Shown here: positions 37,718-64,000 of the stretch, piece after piece | Numbering within the stretch: position 1 is the stretch's first letter | Layout: each line of letters begins with the position of its first letter | The notes under the pieces: model-generated | The model's database searches: none | Told to the model about the DNA's origin: nothing | Seen by the model: only the letters and a program-made list of their open reading frames with translations | Assembly: GCF_963506605.1 (NCBI RefSeq) | Contig: NC_083288.1 | Coordinates: 3,472,001-3,536,000 of the forward strand | Source of the DNA: Zootoca vivipara | Taxonomy: Eukaryota | Length of the DNA: 64,000 nucleotides | Reading direction: 5' to 3' | Made by a program: the position numbers and the translations under genes

Positions 37718-37880
37718 GTGGCCAGCATGACAAAGCCGCTTCTGGCGAACCAGAGAAACACATGGAAACACCGTTTACCTTCCCACTGTAGCGGTACCTA
37801 TTTATCTACTTGCACTTTGACGTCCTTTCGAACTGCTAGGAGCTGGGACCGAGCAATGAGAGCTCACCCTGTCGCAGGGA
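37718..37880 (-). mobile_element. Sauria SINE fragment
   Basis: tgtggccagcatgacaaagccgcttctggcgaaccagag... matches 36977-37150. Confidence 0.85.
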
Positions 37881-39324
37881 TTTTAAATCACCATAAAAAT
37901 GGCTTTCTGATTACAACAGGCCAGCCAGTATCTGATTCATTGGTAAAAGAACCACATCTTATATGACTAGAAGTGATGGTTGGGTTGTCATTTTTCTTCT
38001 GGTAGGTTAACTGGTACAGCTTATCCTGACCTGGAAAAGCACCAATGTACTAATTAATCAATTAGATTTCTGAAAGTCTTATACTGTATATGTTAAATGC
38101 ATGGTAGTACACATACACATGTTTGAAGATTAGGTACCCAGAAGGCTCTGGACAGGACAAAAAAATAAATGAATCGCTATCTCTTAGGACTGGCTCTATG
38201 GTTATGAGAGCCCAGATTAAGATCCAAAGTCTTCTCTCTGCTCACCCCATTTTCTACAGAATCCTTCCACATTAAACCCCCTCTCTGCTTCTGCTCTTCC
38301 CAAGACCTCCTAGGTCAACAATGGGCTTGTTTTGAGTGCACCAAAAGCCCCTCTTAGAACAGCACAGCAGAAGGGAACATTTGTAAAAGTAAAAGAAAGA
38401 AGTTCAACATTTGAGAATTTGTCCTTCAGAGGCAAATTACTTAGGAGGTGGTTACAAAATCATTGATGGGTGGTGTCAAGTACCAATCTCCTCCGGTGTC
38501 CAGAGAGCCCAGTCCCTTGGCAAAATTTGGGACAGAACCCTCTCAGCGAAAAGTACAAAGGAGCAAAAGAGAGACAAGGAGAGCGAACCCTGAACTCCCT
38601 AAGAACTTTGGAGCCTATTTACGGTACTTTCAACAATATACAGTATAGGGCCGGGCCCTTTCTTCTGTCTGCCAGATTCCTGTTTCTTTCAGAGAGCTGT
38701 CAGTTATTGTTCAAAAAGATATACTAAAATAGACAAGGTCCAGGACATGCATAAAAATATACCAAGTCCCTGACAAACTGCCTCACACTCTAAACAAAAA
38801 CATGGTCAGAAGGGAAGGAGGGAGAAGGAACGCCCTGCGCTTGGTGGATGAAGCTAAAAGGACTCAGAGGAACTGCAGTAAAATAAAACTTGCACAACAA
38901 TTAGACCAAAGATACAGACCAAGATAATCCTTGCAGAACATCAAGAAGGAAGCACCTAGAGCAGAGCGGAAATGAGAGTCACAGCTCTGATGCTTAGAAA
39001 GATGCCACAAGGAGGGAAAGATTACTCGTTTGTACACCGTGAGTCATAAAAGGCAGGGAGGGGTGTCTGTCCTTGCCACCGTCCTGGGATGTTTGGGGGT
39101 TGAAGGCACTTGTGCCCATTTCTTCTCACTGTAGCTGTTTAATGCAAGGCAAGAGCAACAATTTTCCATCATAATCTCATTAAGCATGCAGGCATTGACT
39201 TATACATGTTACTGAGAGATGACTAGATAAAGAATCTTAGCCTTATTCTTCAACATGTAATATGTATACCACAAGCCAAGGATTTCGGAGTTGAAGAAGG
39301 ATAATTTGTAGCCACCTTGACTTG

Positions 39325-39559
39325 TACAGTGGTACCTCGGGTTAAGAACTTGATTCGTTCTGAAGGTCCATTCTTAGCCAGAAATTGTTCTTAACCTGAG
39401 GTACCACTTTAGCTAATAAGGCTTCCCGCCACTGCCGCACCATTTCTATTCTCATCCTGAAGCAAAGTTCTTAACCCGAGATACTATTTCTGGGTTAGTG
39501 GAGTCTGTAACACGAAGCGTCTGTACCCTGAAGCATTTGTAACCTGAGGTACCACTGTA
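39325..39559. mobile_element. Tigger/pogo-type MITE
   Basis: TA cagtggtacctcgggtta ... taacctgaggtaccactg TA. Confidence 0.9.
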
Positions 39560-40656
39560 GATCAAGTATTTTGCTGATGACCAGCAGACTCTTTGGCCAA
39601 ACTCTGCCTATCTATCAACCTTGATACATCATTTCTCAAATCTCACGAAATGGAGAGAAGACTTATTCTCTAAAGAGCTTTAACCTACGGAGACTGTTTT
39701 AGTAAGACCGTATTTTGATGGTTTATCTTTTTGGCGTCAATAATGGACAATTGATTTACTCAACTATCACTTGGCCTGAGACCTGTGATGTAACACATCA
39801 TGATTTTATATTTTACAGAGGCTGTCATAAATTGCGTGGATAAGGAACTGTTCCAACAACATCCCACTGCCCTTCCTTTTTTCCTGGTGACCAGGACGCA
39901 TCTTTGCTGTGGTGGGTTCATCTGAAATCAGGCAGTCCCTGATCTTATGGTGTGCCCACCTCCATATGACAGCCATTTTGTGACTGGTACTCACATCTCT
40001 CTCTCTCTTCAAAATGTGCCCATTGGTGCAAAAAGGGTTGGTGACCTGAGAAAACCCTTAAGCTGCATTCTTGGTACTTCAGGGGACCTCTCCAACAGTG
40101 GCTGCCCACCTCCATCCAAAACAGATTTCTCTGCCCACAGCAGTTGTTTAAGCCCTAGCTTGATTGCCCTCACCAATCCCAAAACTGCCTCCGGGCACTT
40201 CCTAAAGATTTCCACAGCCTCCCTGGACTAGTAGTTGGAAATGAGAGATACAACTGAGTAGCTTGTTTTGTTTCTTTTTTCGTACTGCTGCTTATTTGGA
40301 AGTCAGTATTTGCAAACCATACCTCAAGCAGTTTTAGTTCCACAGAAATAATGAGTATGCAAACATATACTGTATTGCTTTTCTGTTCGTAGAAGGCTAT
40401 ACCACAGTGCCATCTGCTGGCATTAGAAATACTACCAACTCATTATTGATTCTAATACAGCTCACCACAAGCAAAAGTTTTTACTTCTCTCATATATAAC
40501 TTATATAATTTTACCAAACCATATTTTGTACACTAGACACAATGAAATACCACAGTAATTGACTAGCCCACATTAAGATAATCTCCCAGCTGGAAGAATC
40601 TAGCTCCCTGGCTCTGGTTTTATGTTTCAAGCTATATTGAGACATGTGCTGTACAT

Positions 40657-40986
40657 CAGGCATGCCCAACAGGTAGATCGTGATCTACCGGTAGATCACT
40701 GGATGTCTGTGGTAGATCACTGGTAGATCACTGGCTCCCCCCAAAGAAGCTCAACAACTTTGGTTCCCCTAAAAATGCTCAATGTTTTAGCCTTCACCCC
40801 CCAAAACAGGGCTTTCCTCCCACCTCAGAAAAGCTCAACAACTTGACCTGAACCCCTAAAAATGGGGCTTTCCCCCTCCCTAGAAAGCTTAACAACTTTG
40901 ACCTGAACCCCCCAAAAGGGGGTACATCACTGCCAGTTTTTAACTCTGTGAGTAGATCACAGTCTCTTCAGAGTTGGCCACCCCTG
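40657..40986. mobile_element. hAT-type MITE
   Basis: caggcatgcccaac ... gttggccacccctg with a perfect 8-bp TSD ctgtacat. Confidence 0.88.
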
Positions 40987-41237
40987 CTGTACATTGTGAG
41001 GTAATGTAGTATCCGAGGCAACAGTAGGCTGACGGAATTTTAGAAAGCCTTTGGATCTTCCTGATGATTTCAAATACACATGCAATGGAAGTTAACAGAA
41101 GAATGCAGTCCCGTACAGATTTTCCTGGGAGTAAGACTTGGCGAGTTCACTCTCAGCTTGTGTGCACTTCTGTGAAGACATGCATCAGATGGCACTATAT
41201 GTTTTTCATTTGAGACTGCACTGTTTTAGAGGTGATA

Positions 41238-42105
41238 TACGGTATTGGCCCAAATATAACCTGCACTTCCCCCCCCAAATTCTGACAGTGAAAAGTTAAA
41301 AGTGCGGCTTATATTTGTGACCTTACGCCGCTGGCAAAGCGGTGCGGCTCCCCCCCCCCCAGGAAGCAGCCGGGGAGCATGGGCCATCCACTCACCCACC
41401 CTCCAAAACCTTTTCCTGCCCCACATGCCTGGCTGCTGCTGCTGACACTCTAAATTTGGTGGGAAACAGGAGCAGGGAAGAGAAAAAAGGTCTCTTGCCA
41501 CCTCCCTCTAGTGCCGCACCCAAGAAGCCCACAGGGAAACTATTGAAACGCCCCTTGGGAGAAACTACATTTCCCAGGATTGACTTAGGGATGGCATTTA
41601 TCCAGGTATTCTCTCTCCCCCCCCCCTATACAGCACGGGTCTGCCCTTGCGGCTCTATGGAAGTAGAAACTGCCTCACATGTACTTTTACGTTGTCGTTT
41701 GTATGAAGATATACGTTTGACTTTTATTACACCTGTCTTGCAAAAGTCCATGAAAGAATCCGAACATCATAGTTTAAAACTACTGCTAGAGGACAAGAAT
41801 CCCAAGACTACATTAAATGTAGCCAAATTTTGTGTGTCTGCAATCAATCGCAGGAAGCAAGTGGTATCCCATAATGATCCAAACCCTAAATGTTAACTAC
41901 AGGGGGTTTCGTTAATAAGTAATTTTAATTTTATATTTAAATCCTTGTTATATTCACACTGCCCTTTGTATTTTTGTTATGTTTTATGATCTGTGATATT
42001 GTGCGTGTTGATGCTGGTCTGCGACCGTATTAATAAATTCATTCATTCATTTCCCCCCCCACCCCCGGATTTTAAAGGTGTGGCTTATATTCGGGCCAAT
42101 ACAGC
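41238..42105. mobile_element. Mariner/Tigger-like MITE containing a nested LINE 3' end
   Basis: tacggtattggcccaaatataa ... ttatattcgggccaatacag inverted ends. Confidence 0.6.
41625..42052 (+). mobile_element. Non-LTR retrotransposon 3' end with CCHC knuckle (RTE-X-like) and (ATTC)n tail
   Basis: RVCPCGSMEVETASHVLLRCRLYEDIR..VAKFCVSAINRRK, then AATAAA and (ttca)n. Confidence 0.7.
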
Positions 42106-43587
42106 AATAAAAAACTGAGTAATTTGCCTTGGGAAACTATGGACAAATGATATAATTCTATTCTGCAAGGCTTGTTTTAAGAAGACAAGGAAAGCCCTGC
42201 TGAATCAGGCCAAAGACCCACCTAGTACAGCATGTTGTTCTTGCAGTGGCCAACTAGTTTTCCTTGTTATGTAGCTGTTTTTATACAGTACCAACAATTT
42301 ATATGGATTTTCACAGGGTAGCATAAGCTTTTGCCGTAAAGAGCTTACCGTATATACAGTATATCCTACCTGTGAGGAAAAACAAGAGAGAGGGACAAGA
42401 AACATGAAAAAGGGAAGAATGTGAGCAACCACAGTCCCTTGTAGTTAAGGAAGCTTAAAGACTGAGAGAGTTCAGCAGTGGGAACCCATAATGCAGCCGA
42501 TGGACAACCCTGCAGAAAAGTCCAGATTCAGCTTGTGAGGTTGAGAACTTAGATGCTGAGTGAATTTTACTCTTGACAGAGTTGTCTAGGCTTCCAGAGC
42601 TGGGCAGCCGAGGGTCCTTGCTTTCACCTAGAGCGACAAACTCGTCTTGCAAACATGGGATAGTTGCCAACCAAGCAAGAGTGGGATTTTGAAGAGGATT
42701 TCTGGATAAAAGGGAGATGTGGTAGGGCACATGCATTCAGTTCAAGTTGAAGGAGATTCATTCAGAAGATGAGACCTAAAACCAGAGGTGGGAAAGTGGT
42801 GGCAGAGCTGCAATTTGTGGCTGACTGTGGTCATTCACTGGTAATAAAAAGGCACTCAGCACTTGCTCTGGAGAATCGTCTTTCTGACTACTGTTTCACA
42901 TGATCCATAGGCCTTGAAAATCAGTTTGGTGGAGGCCTTGCTAATAAACCCTGATCTCATGCTGCACAAACCAACTTAATGACATTAAGCATTATTATTC
43001 TTTATTAAATTTATATACCACCTTTCATCCAAGGATCACAGGGTTTAGTGTTACATGTAGCTCAGTTCAGATCACAAATGTGACTAACTTGAGAACTTGA
43101 TCACACACTTCCAACAACTTAAAGAGATGTGCTTTCTCAGCCATAAATAGTAGACTCTCAGACTGAAAGCAGCAAAAACACTAACTAGGAATAGTTGCTT
43201 CCAAGTAGCATAGTAAGATTTATTACAGAAAAGGTGTTGTCATGCAAGTGACAGAAGCTGAAGTCATTGTCTTTTAAGCCCAGTACCCTGATCTAAGCTG
43301 CAATCCTAAAAGCACACTTCGTTGGAATAATCCCCACTGAAACAGTGAAATTTATTTCTGAGTAAACATGCATAGGGTTGCAGTTAATAAAACCCACCAG
43401 TGAAATTAACCTGAGCATTATGGTACCACACAATCGCCATTCACCTTGGCGAGTCAAAGAAACACATTAAGTGCTTAAGATAGTCTGTTAAATGACCGAT
43501 ACATATATGGTGGTGAAGCTGAGATCCCAGAGGAGATCAGCCATATCTGACACTTGTATTGTATTGATACTCGGTAATTTTTAGCTA

Positions 43588-45523
43588 CTACTTCCCCAAC
43601 ATCACCTTCTCTACCCTCTTGAACTTTCTGAGCTCAGCAGATAATTCCCAGTATCGAAGGTAGAGCCACATTAGCCTTCCATTCTGACGTTTATTGGTGT
43701 TAAGCAAATTACTGCAATAGGTATCATGTCTGAAAATATCTTTTAAGCCAGTTTCCAGGTCCAGGTCCACAGCAACTGGATCAGTTGCTGCTCTAATAAG
43801 CAAATTCTTCTCCATTTCCAGTCGCTGGTGTCTTGGTAGCACAAGGCTACAGTAGATGCCCTGCCTTTCCGTAAGAGCATCTTCAAAATCTTTTAGTAAA
43901 GCAGTAGCTCTCTTTTGCCACTGCTCTTCCTTCTCCAGGCAATTCTGATACAAAGCACCAGCAGCTCCAGAGCGCTGCAGAATCTGCTTCTCTTGTTCTA
44001 ATTTTGTACGTTCTTGTTCCAGAGTTCTTCTTTCTTCTACCAGTTTACGGCTCTGAGAGACAAGGGCTTCACGGTAACTTACTGTCCTGTTCCGTTCCTT
44101 TTCCAGTTCCAGTTCCAAATGGGCAACTGTGCGGCGGTTTTCTGTGATTATGTCACGATATTTAGATTCAAGTTCTCTCTGTACTAAGGAGAGTTTTCTG
44201 TAGATATCTTTTCTCTCTCTTTCTATCTCTTTCTGAGACTCCCTGGACCAGATCCAACCTGCAATGCATGATTAATACCTCATGATTAATACTGAATTTT
44301 TGCAACAAAAATATCTAATGATATTCCAAAAATAGCCTCCACATTAAGGAAAATACCTACAGTATCTGTTAAATTATGCCTAGATCTGACAAAGTCCCAC
44401 TGGGGAGTACAGGAATGTTTTAAATGCATTTCCCCCTCCTTGGTTTTAATGTATCTAGGTGGCTTTGTTTGTATGCTACTTTGGGTTGCCTTGGGCAAGA
44501 TAAAGCGACTAAGAAATTTAATAAATCATAATAAACGTGCAGGGGGTTGAGCCTATGGGTGGGGTGAAAGTTTTGGCACTTGCTAGATTTAGAATCTGAC
44601 CCCAGTTAAAAATAAGTTACCAACAAGGCAAACAAAGAGAAAGAAATCGAGAGATCCTTGACTGCATTTTCATTATTTTCTGAAATAGAGATGCAGACAT
44701 AAATACTATGATGACATTCCAACAGCCACCCTAGGCTTCTTTATTTAAAGGAAGCCCCATTACTTCTGAAAGCACATGTTGTGTTTGAAAGTCGCCTCAG
44801 TTTCAAAAGTCTGTTACAGTCGTACCTCGGGTTACGAACACCTCGGTTTGTGAACAGTTCGGGTTACGAACTGCGCAAGCCCGGAAGTGTTTTCGCCGTG
44901 CGTGTGTGCGCAGAAGCAGCGCGCGCAGTCTGCGCATGCGCAAAATGGCGCTTTGCGCAGCGTTTGGGTTACGAACTGCGATCCGGAACGGATTGCGTTC
45001 GTAACCCGAGGTATTACTGTATGTGATATGAAGAGCAGCTACTATCAGTACCGCTGCGCTAGGAAGGTAAATGGCATTTCCATGCGCCCTGGCTTCTGTC
45101 ACAGTGCCCCGTGGTGCCAGAACCAGTTTAGTCCTGCTCACCACATGACCTGGAAAGCTGTCTGTGGACAAACACCGGCTCCCTCGGCCTGAAAGTGAGA
45201 TGAGCGCCCCACCGCATAGTCACCTTTGATTGGACTTAAATGTCCAGGAGTCCTTTGTGGGTTCACAGCGTAAAAATGCAAGGTTTCTAAGAACTTGCTA
45301 CATTAAATTGCCCAGTCCAGTTTGTACCAATTCCTGTCAAGATGACTCATCCAACAAACTGCAAAAAGGAGAAAGTCTAATTTTATTTCACATGTCACTT
45401 ACGGAAGGCAGCCAGCCCCAGCATGGGAACCAACAAAGCGTAATTCCATTTGCTTCCATGGCCTTCATCATCCCTTGCATTAGGCTGGATGTTCCAGTTA
45501 GGAGGGTCATTTAAATTATTCAT
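43588..45523 (-). CDS. CCDC127: Coiled-coil domain-containing protein 127; coding exons 45403-45523 and 43588-44258 (263 aa); probable non-coding exon 1 with donor at 49531
   Basis: MNNLNDPPNWNIQPN..WNYALLVPMLGLAAFR|WIWSRESQKEIE..NTNKRQNGRLMWLYLRYWEL; phase-1 GT-AG intron; head-to-head with SDHA. Confidence 0.96.
44815..45021. mobile_element. Tigger/pogo-type MITE in a CCDC127 intron
   Basis: TA cagtcgtacctcgggttacgaac ... gttcgtaacccgaggtattactg TA. Confidence 0.88.
45045..45256 (+). mobile_element. Sauria SINE 3' fragment
   Basis: ggaaggtaaatggcatttcc..cacatgacctggaaagctgtc..gagatgagcgcc. Confidence 0.75.
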
Positions 45524-45661
45524 GGACAGACCTTTAAAATGAGAGGAAACAAAACATTTAGGTTGTTTTAATAGCCGACTGTAAAACTCATTCCCCACAG
45601 ATGCATTTAAATTGGCACACTACCAATACAATTCTCAAGGGAAGGGGGTGGAATAGTTCTA

Positions 45662-45799
45662 NNNNNNNNNNNNNNNNNNNNNNNNNNNNNNNNNNNNNNN
45701 NNNNNNNNNNNNNNNNNNNNNNNNNNNNNNNNNNNNNNNNNNNNNNNNNNNNNNNNNNNNNNNNNNNNNNNNNNNNNNNNNNNNNNNNNNNNNNNNNNN
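45662..45799. other. Assembly gap (N run)
   Basis: Run of Ns. Confidence 1.
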
Positions 45800-46206
45800 G
45801 TGCTGGGGATGGGGCCATGAAGGTGAGCCAGGCTCAGATTCCCTCCTGTGTGTTCCCTCCTTTCCTCTGCATCATTTGACCCTTTACTTGCTCCTCACTT
45901 ACTACTACTTTCCTGCCCCCAACGTTGCTCTAGTTTCAGCTTCTCCTGCCGATTTCCCTTCACATTTTCACTCATAGCCCATCCATATAGACATAGTCCT
46001 TACACATTCCTGTGGGAATAATCATGGTAACAGGCATGGATAAGAGAAAGGGATTTGTTTACAGTACTTGCCTGCATTTGGCCAGTCCAGCCTATTACTT
46101 TCACCTCCATCTCATCTACGCAAAGGTACCTCTTGTCAGGGCATGCAAAACAGTTCAAAATAAAATGGCCAGCCCAATAAATATGGAACTTTTCATGCAG
46201 AAGTTC

Positions 46207-46536
46207 CAGGGGTCCCCAAACTTACCTCACCGAGGGCCGATGCTGGCAGCACCGATCGTGCTGCGGGCCGGAGCGCAACCATGCATGTGCGCACACGCGA
46301 TTTCCGGCACACTTCTGGGTTGCCGGAACACCGGAAATCGCTTGTGCGCATGCGCCTTCCGGAACTGTGCCGGAAATGACATGCACACAAGCTATTGCTG
46401 ACGCTCCCGGCGACCTGGAAGTGGGCAGCCACGCAGCGCCGATAAGAGCAGGCGTCGGCAGCGGGTGTTGCCGGGGGCCGCATAAATGAGCCTCGTGGGC
46501 CGCATCCGGCCCCGGGCCTTAGTTTGGGGAACCCTG
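46207..46536. mobile_element. hAT-type MITE (same family as 33443-33804)
   Basis: caggggtccccaaact ... agtttggggaaccctg. Confidence 0.85.
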
Positions 46537-47963
46537 TCACTTTCCAAAATTCAATCATAGTGTATGTGTATGTACAAAAGGGATGGGAACCTGTGGCTCC
46601 CCAGATGTTGCTGAACTGCCATTTGCATCAGACCCAGCCAGCATGGCCAGTGACCCGGGATGAGGGGAGTTACAGTTCAGCAACATCTGTAGGGCCTCAG
46701 GACTCCCCATCCCTGGTTTACTAGCACTTCAATACTTTTGAATATTCACAGCATTTTTAAATGAAACATTAAACGAAGATGAAAGACAAGGACACAAGAG
46801 AAATAAATAAATAAATCCTTACCCTTAATTTCTCTTTAGCAGTCAAACAAATCTGATCACTCAGAAGGTAAGGGGAAAAGGCTCTTGATCAAAGCCATCC
46901 TGGAACTAAAATTAAGTTAAACAGTTCATGTTTTGCAAGAAAACATTGGTATACATTTATGAATACTAAAATTATTTTTATTTAGATGAACTTTTTAAAA
47001 CTGGCAATACCAGATTGTTAATTTAAAGTATAATTTTATATTTACTTGCTGAAAGTGATAAGATCAAGGGTTCGAAAGAAAAACACAAACTTTTCTCTTT
47101 TTAGGACATGGAATATAATGAGATCTGAGTTCATCCCAATGCAAGCCCTGTGCCAGTATTTACAATAATTTCAACAGCAATCTATTTAACAGTGGGGAAA
47201 AGGATACAGTATTTCCATAATAATTGGTAAAAGAGTCCCAAAGCTGTTAAGAAATAAAAATTTACTGATTTGACTTTATATCACTTTATATAACCTGACT
47301 CTATATAACTTTTTACTGTCACAAAAATAAAGGTGAAACCCAGCCAGATGGATGGGGTAGAAATAATAAATTATTATTATTATTATTATTAGTAGTAGTA
47401 GTACCTGCACACCTCACTGTTAACAATCTACGTATCCAGAAGCGGTTTGAAAAGGCCAAAGTTTCCCTTGACTATTTATCACTTTGTGTCAGTTCAAATG
47501 ATAATATCCATGTGTGAATGGACATTCACAGACAAAACTTTCATTCGCCCAGATGTTACTAGAAACCCAACACATTTCAAAGGAATCAGTTCACACTTAG
47601 CCGCCAGGCTTCATGTGCATCTGTATCGACGTTTACACATAAGGTAAACATTACTTAATTTCTCTACAGTGACTGGCCACTGTATATTTGATTTAACTAA
47701 ACCAAAAAACCACTTTGGTGCCTGAGATCACATCAGGCTAACTGACAATTCTACTGCTCTGTGGTAGCTCATTCACATAGGCATCTCCATTACTGTTTTC
47801 ATTTATTTGTTTTAGTTACTGTTTCAGCCAGCATGGTCATTGCAAAACTATATTTATTGCTCCTAAAACAGTATCAATTAAAGGTTACATGTAAACTACA
47901 AAGGAAGCTGTAAGTCACTATCATATTAATTCACAGATCACTTTATTTTAACCTGAAGTTATG

Positions 47964-48167
47964 AACATTAGGAAGAACTTCCTGACAGTAAGAGCTGTTC
48001 AGCAGTGGAATTTGCTGTCAAGGAGGGTGGTAGAGTCTCCTTCTTTGGAAGTCTTTAAGCAGAGGCTTGACAGGCATATGTCAAGAATGCTTTGATGGTG
48101 TTTCCTGCTTGGCAGGGGGTTGGACTGGATGGCCCTTGTGGTCTCTTCCAACTCTACGATTCTATGA
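47964..48167 (+). mobile_element. CR1 3' end
   Basis: Highly similar to 12451-12655; ends tacgattctatga. Confidence 0.92.
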
Positions 48168-50008
48168 ACATGCCAGTGTGAACTAGTCCTGTGTTTATAG
48201 GAATCAAGTGATGCACATACTTGTAGAAGAGGCCCAGTTTTTTTGACTGTATGGTGTAAACCAGGTGCTCACAGGTCACTCCTTTAAACAGTAACTCCCA
48301 CTAGAGGTCACTGACCTTTGGCCTATCACTCTATACGTTTCATGGCCACATTTGAGAAATATACCCAAACTCGAAGCCCTTGATACAGATACACGCATAC
48401 AGCACACCTATGCACTTTCATTCATTCATTTTATTTGTATGCCACTTTTACATACTCAAAAAGCATGCTCAAAAGTGGCATACAACAAAGAAAACAGGGA
48501 CACATTTCAAAATCATACAGTGAAAAGTCAATTTCATAATAATGTAGCAAAACAACACAATAGCAAATATAACACAAAAAAGCACATTGCAATTTTATGA
48601 ATGTAAGAAGATTACTTAAACAACACCTGGCATCCAACAGCAAAAATAACAAGCCAGCTTTGCGGTTTCACCTTGGTCCTAGAAAAACCCCTCCCATGAT
48701 GTTGCTCACAGATCATCCAAGGGGTTGGGGTAGCTGAAAACATCCCTCCTCCCAGCATGCACTTTCATACCAATATACGCCAAAGATGGGGAACCTGTGG
48801 CTCACCAGATGCTTGACGCTAGCCAGTGGCGTGTCCAACAATACCTGGAGGAGGGTGACGGTCTCTCCGATCCTAGATAAAGGCAGTGTAACTGTTCACT
48901 GCACATAGAAAACTAGCCTATCAGGAAAGCCTAGGCTAGAACCCTTCAATCCCTCAATGTTATTAGCTCTCCCTACTTTTAATTTTCCCCCCCTGCTGCA
49001 CTGGAAGAACATTTAAACCACACAAATCCTTAACCACAGCCTCAGGTGCAACAAGCCCAGCCAACTCCACCCACAGCCACAAATCTGTTTTCTTTCTGAA
49101 AAGCAGAACCTTTTACTTGACTTCTAATAGGACCACTTAATGTTTGAGACGTAAGAAAAAGAGTGGGGGAAAGACGGGAAAAAGACACAGATTCGTTGCT
49201 ATTCCATGTGCCTTGAAAGCATCCAGTTAAGCCTTTAGTTCAACTCTCTCCCATGCAAGGGAGAAAATCCCCCCCCCCAGTACCTTATTGGTCGAGTTCG
49301 ATTCTGCATTTTCCTACCTTCGCTTGTCATCTGTCAAGCTTTCCCTTGGTCCTAGTAGTAGAAATAAACACAAAAATCACAGTTTTATACTGCTTTTAAT
49401 GTTGCTTTTGGGGCTGTGATCCGCCCTGGGACCTTAAGGTGAAGGGCGGGTAATAAATATGAAATTTATTATACAAGCATACCTTAGTGCTATTATAAAA
49501 CGTGGGCATTGTTAAGCGCCCGCTGACTCACGCCGAAACACCCTCACATATCACGGGGAAAGAGGGAGGGCGGAAACCAGAAACAAGAAGCTCCCCCTCA
49601 AGCTCCGAGCGGCTGCCGCCACCTAAGGTTTCACTGCGCCTGCGCAAGGTGCCCTTTCAAGCCCCGCCCCTCTCTTGGAACGAACCATCCCTGTGAGGAA
49701 AAGGGGGAGGATTATTATTGTTGTTGTTGTTGTTCTTTCCCCCCCTCGGAAACTTATTCGAGTACAAAAGAGCGCTAGACAGATATACTTTCCCTCTTTG
49801 TGGGAACCGGGAAAGGCATTTCGCGACTCTGTTTCTTTAGACCGTGAGGTCCCTTTATAAATTCCCGCTTTCCCCCCCTCTCCTGTGGGTTGGTTCCTCC
49901 CGCCCGCCCTCGACAATTGTTCCGTCAGGGCGACCTTCCCCTGTTTCTTGTGCGCAGGCGCAGTAAGCCCGATCTCTGTCCGGCCTAGTTTCTGAGGGCA
50001 GGTGCGAA

Positions 50009-63945
<13,937 letters not shown>

Positions 63946-64000
63946 TAATATTAATGATCTGTTCATACTGATGATATGTGAATGTACTTCCTGGGATTGT

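Noticed and set aside
39806-40230. Minus-strand exon-like frames
   Set aside because: No recognisable homology and no partner exons.

Overview
Vertebrate genomic DNA, almost certainly from a squamate and probably a lacertid lizard (Sauria SINEs, CR1, Penelope and L1 repertoire). The right two-thirds is the conserved LRRC14B (+) / CCDC127 (-) / SDHA (+, exons 1-6) block, with CCDC127 and SDHA head-to-head on a CpG-island promoter carrying two mirror-image NRF-1 sites. The left third is a tandem duplication (period 12,814 bp) of a compact, multi-exon maestro HEAT-like repeat (MROH-like) gene on the minus strand; I reconstructed 16 consecutive in-frame exons by hand. A collapsed class-I ERV remnant and a CR1 fragment lie between the two copies. 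The most unusual signal is in copy 2, where 830 bp are replaced by a 135-bp inverted insert identical to almost one whole intron of copy 1, with microhomology at both junctions. Other notable items: a Penelope end with two opposed minimal hammerhead ribozymes; a young endonuclease-less L1 (969 open codons, 19-bp TSD) nested in an older L1 inside SDHA intron 3; two solo LTRs; and an unidentified decayed ORF followed by AATAAA and poly(A) (candidate retrocopy or endogenous viral element). All alignments and motif matches were done by eye and no databases were searched.
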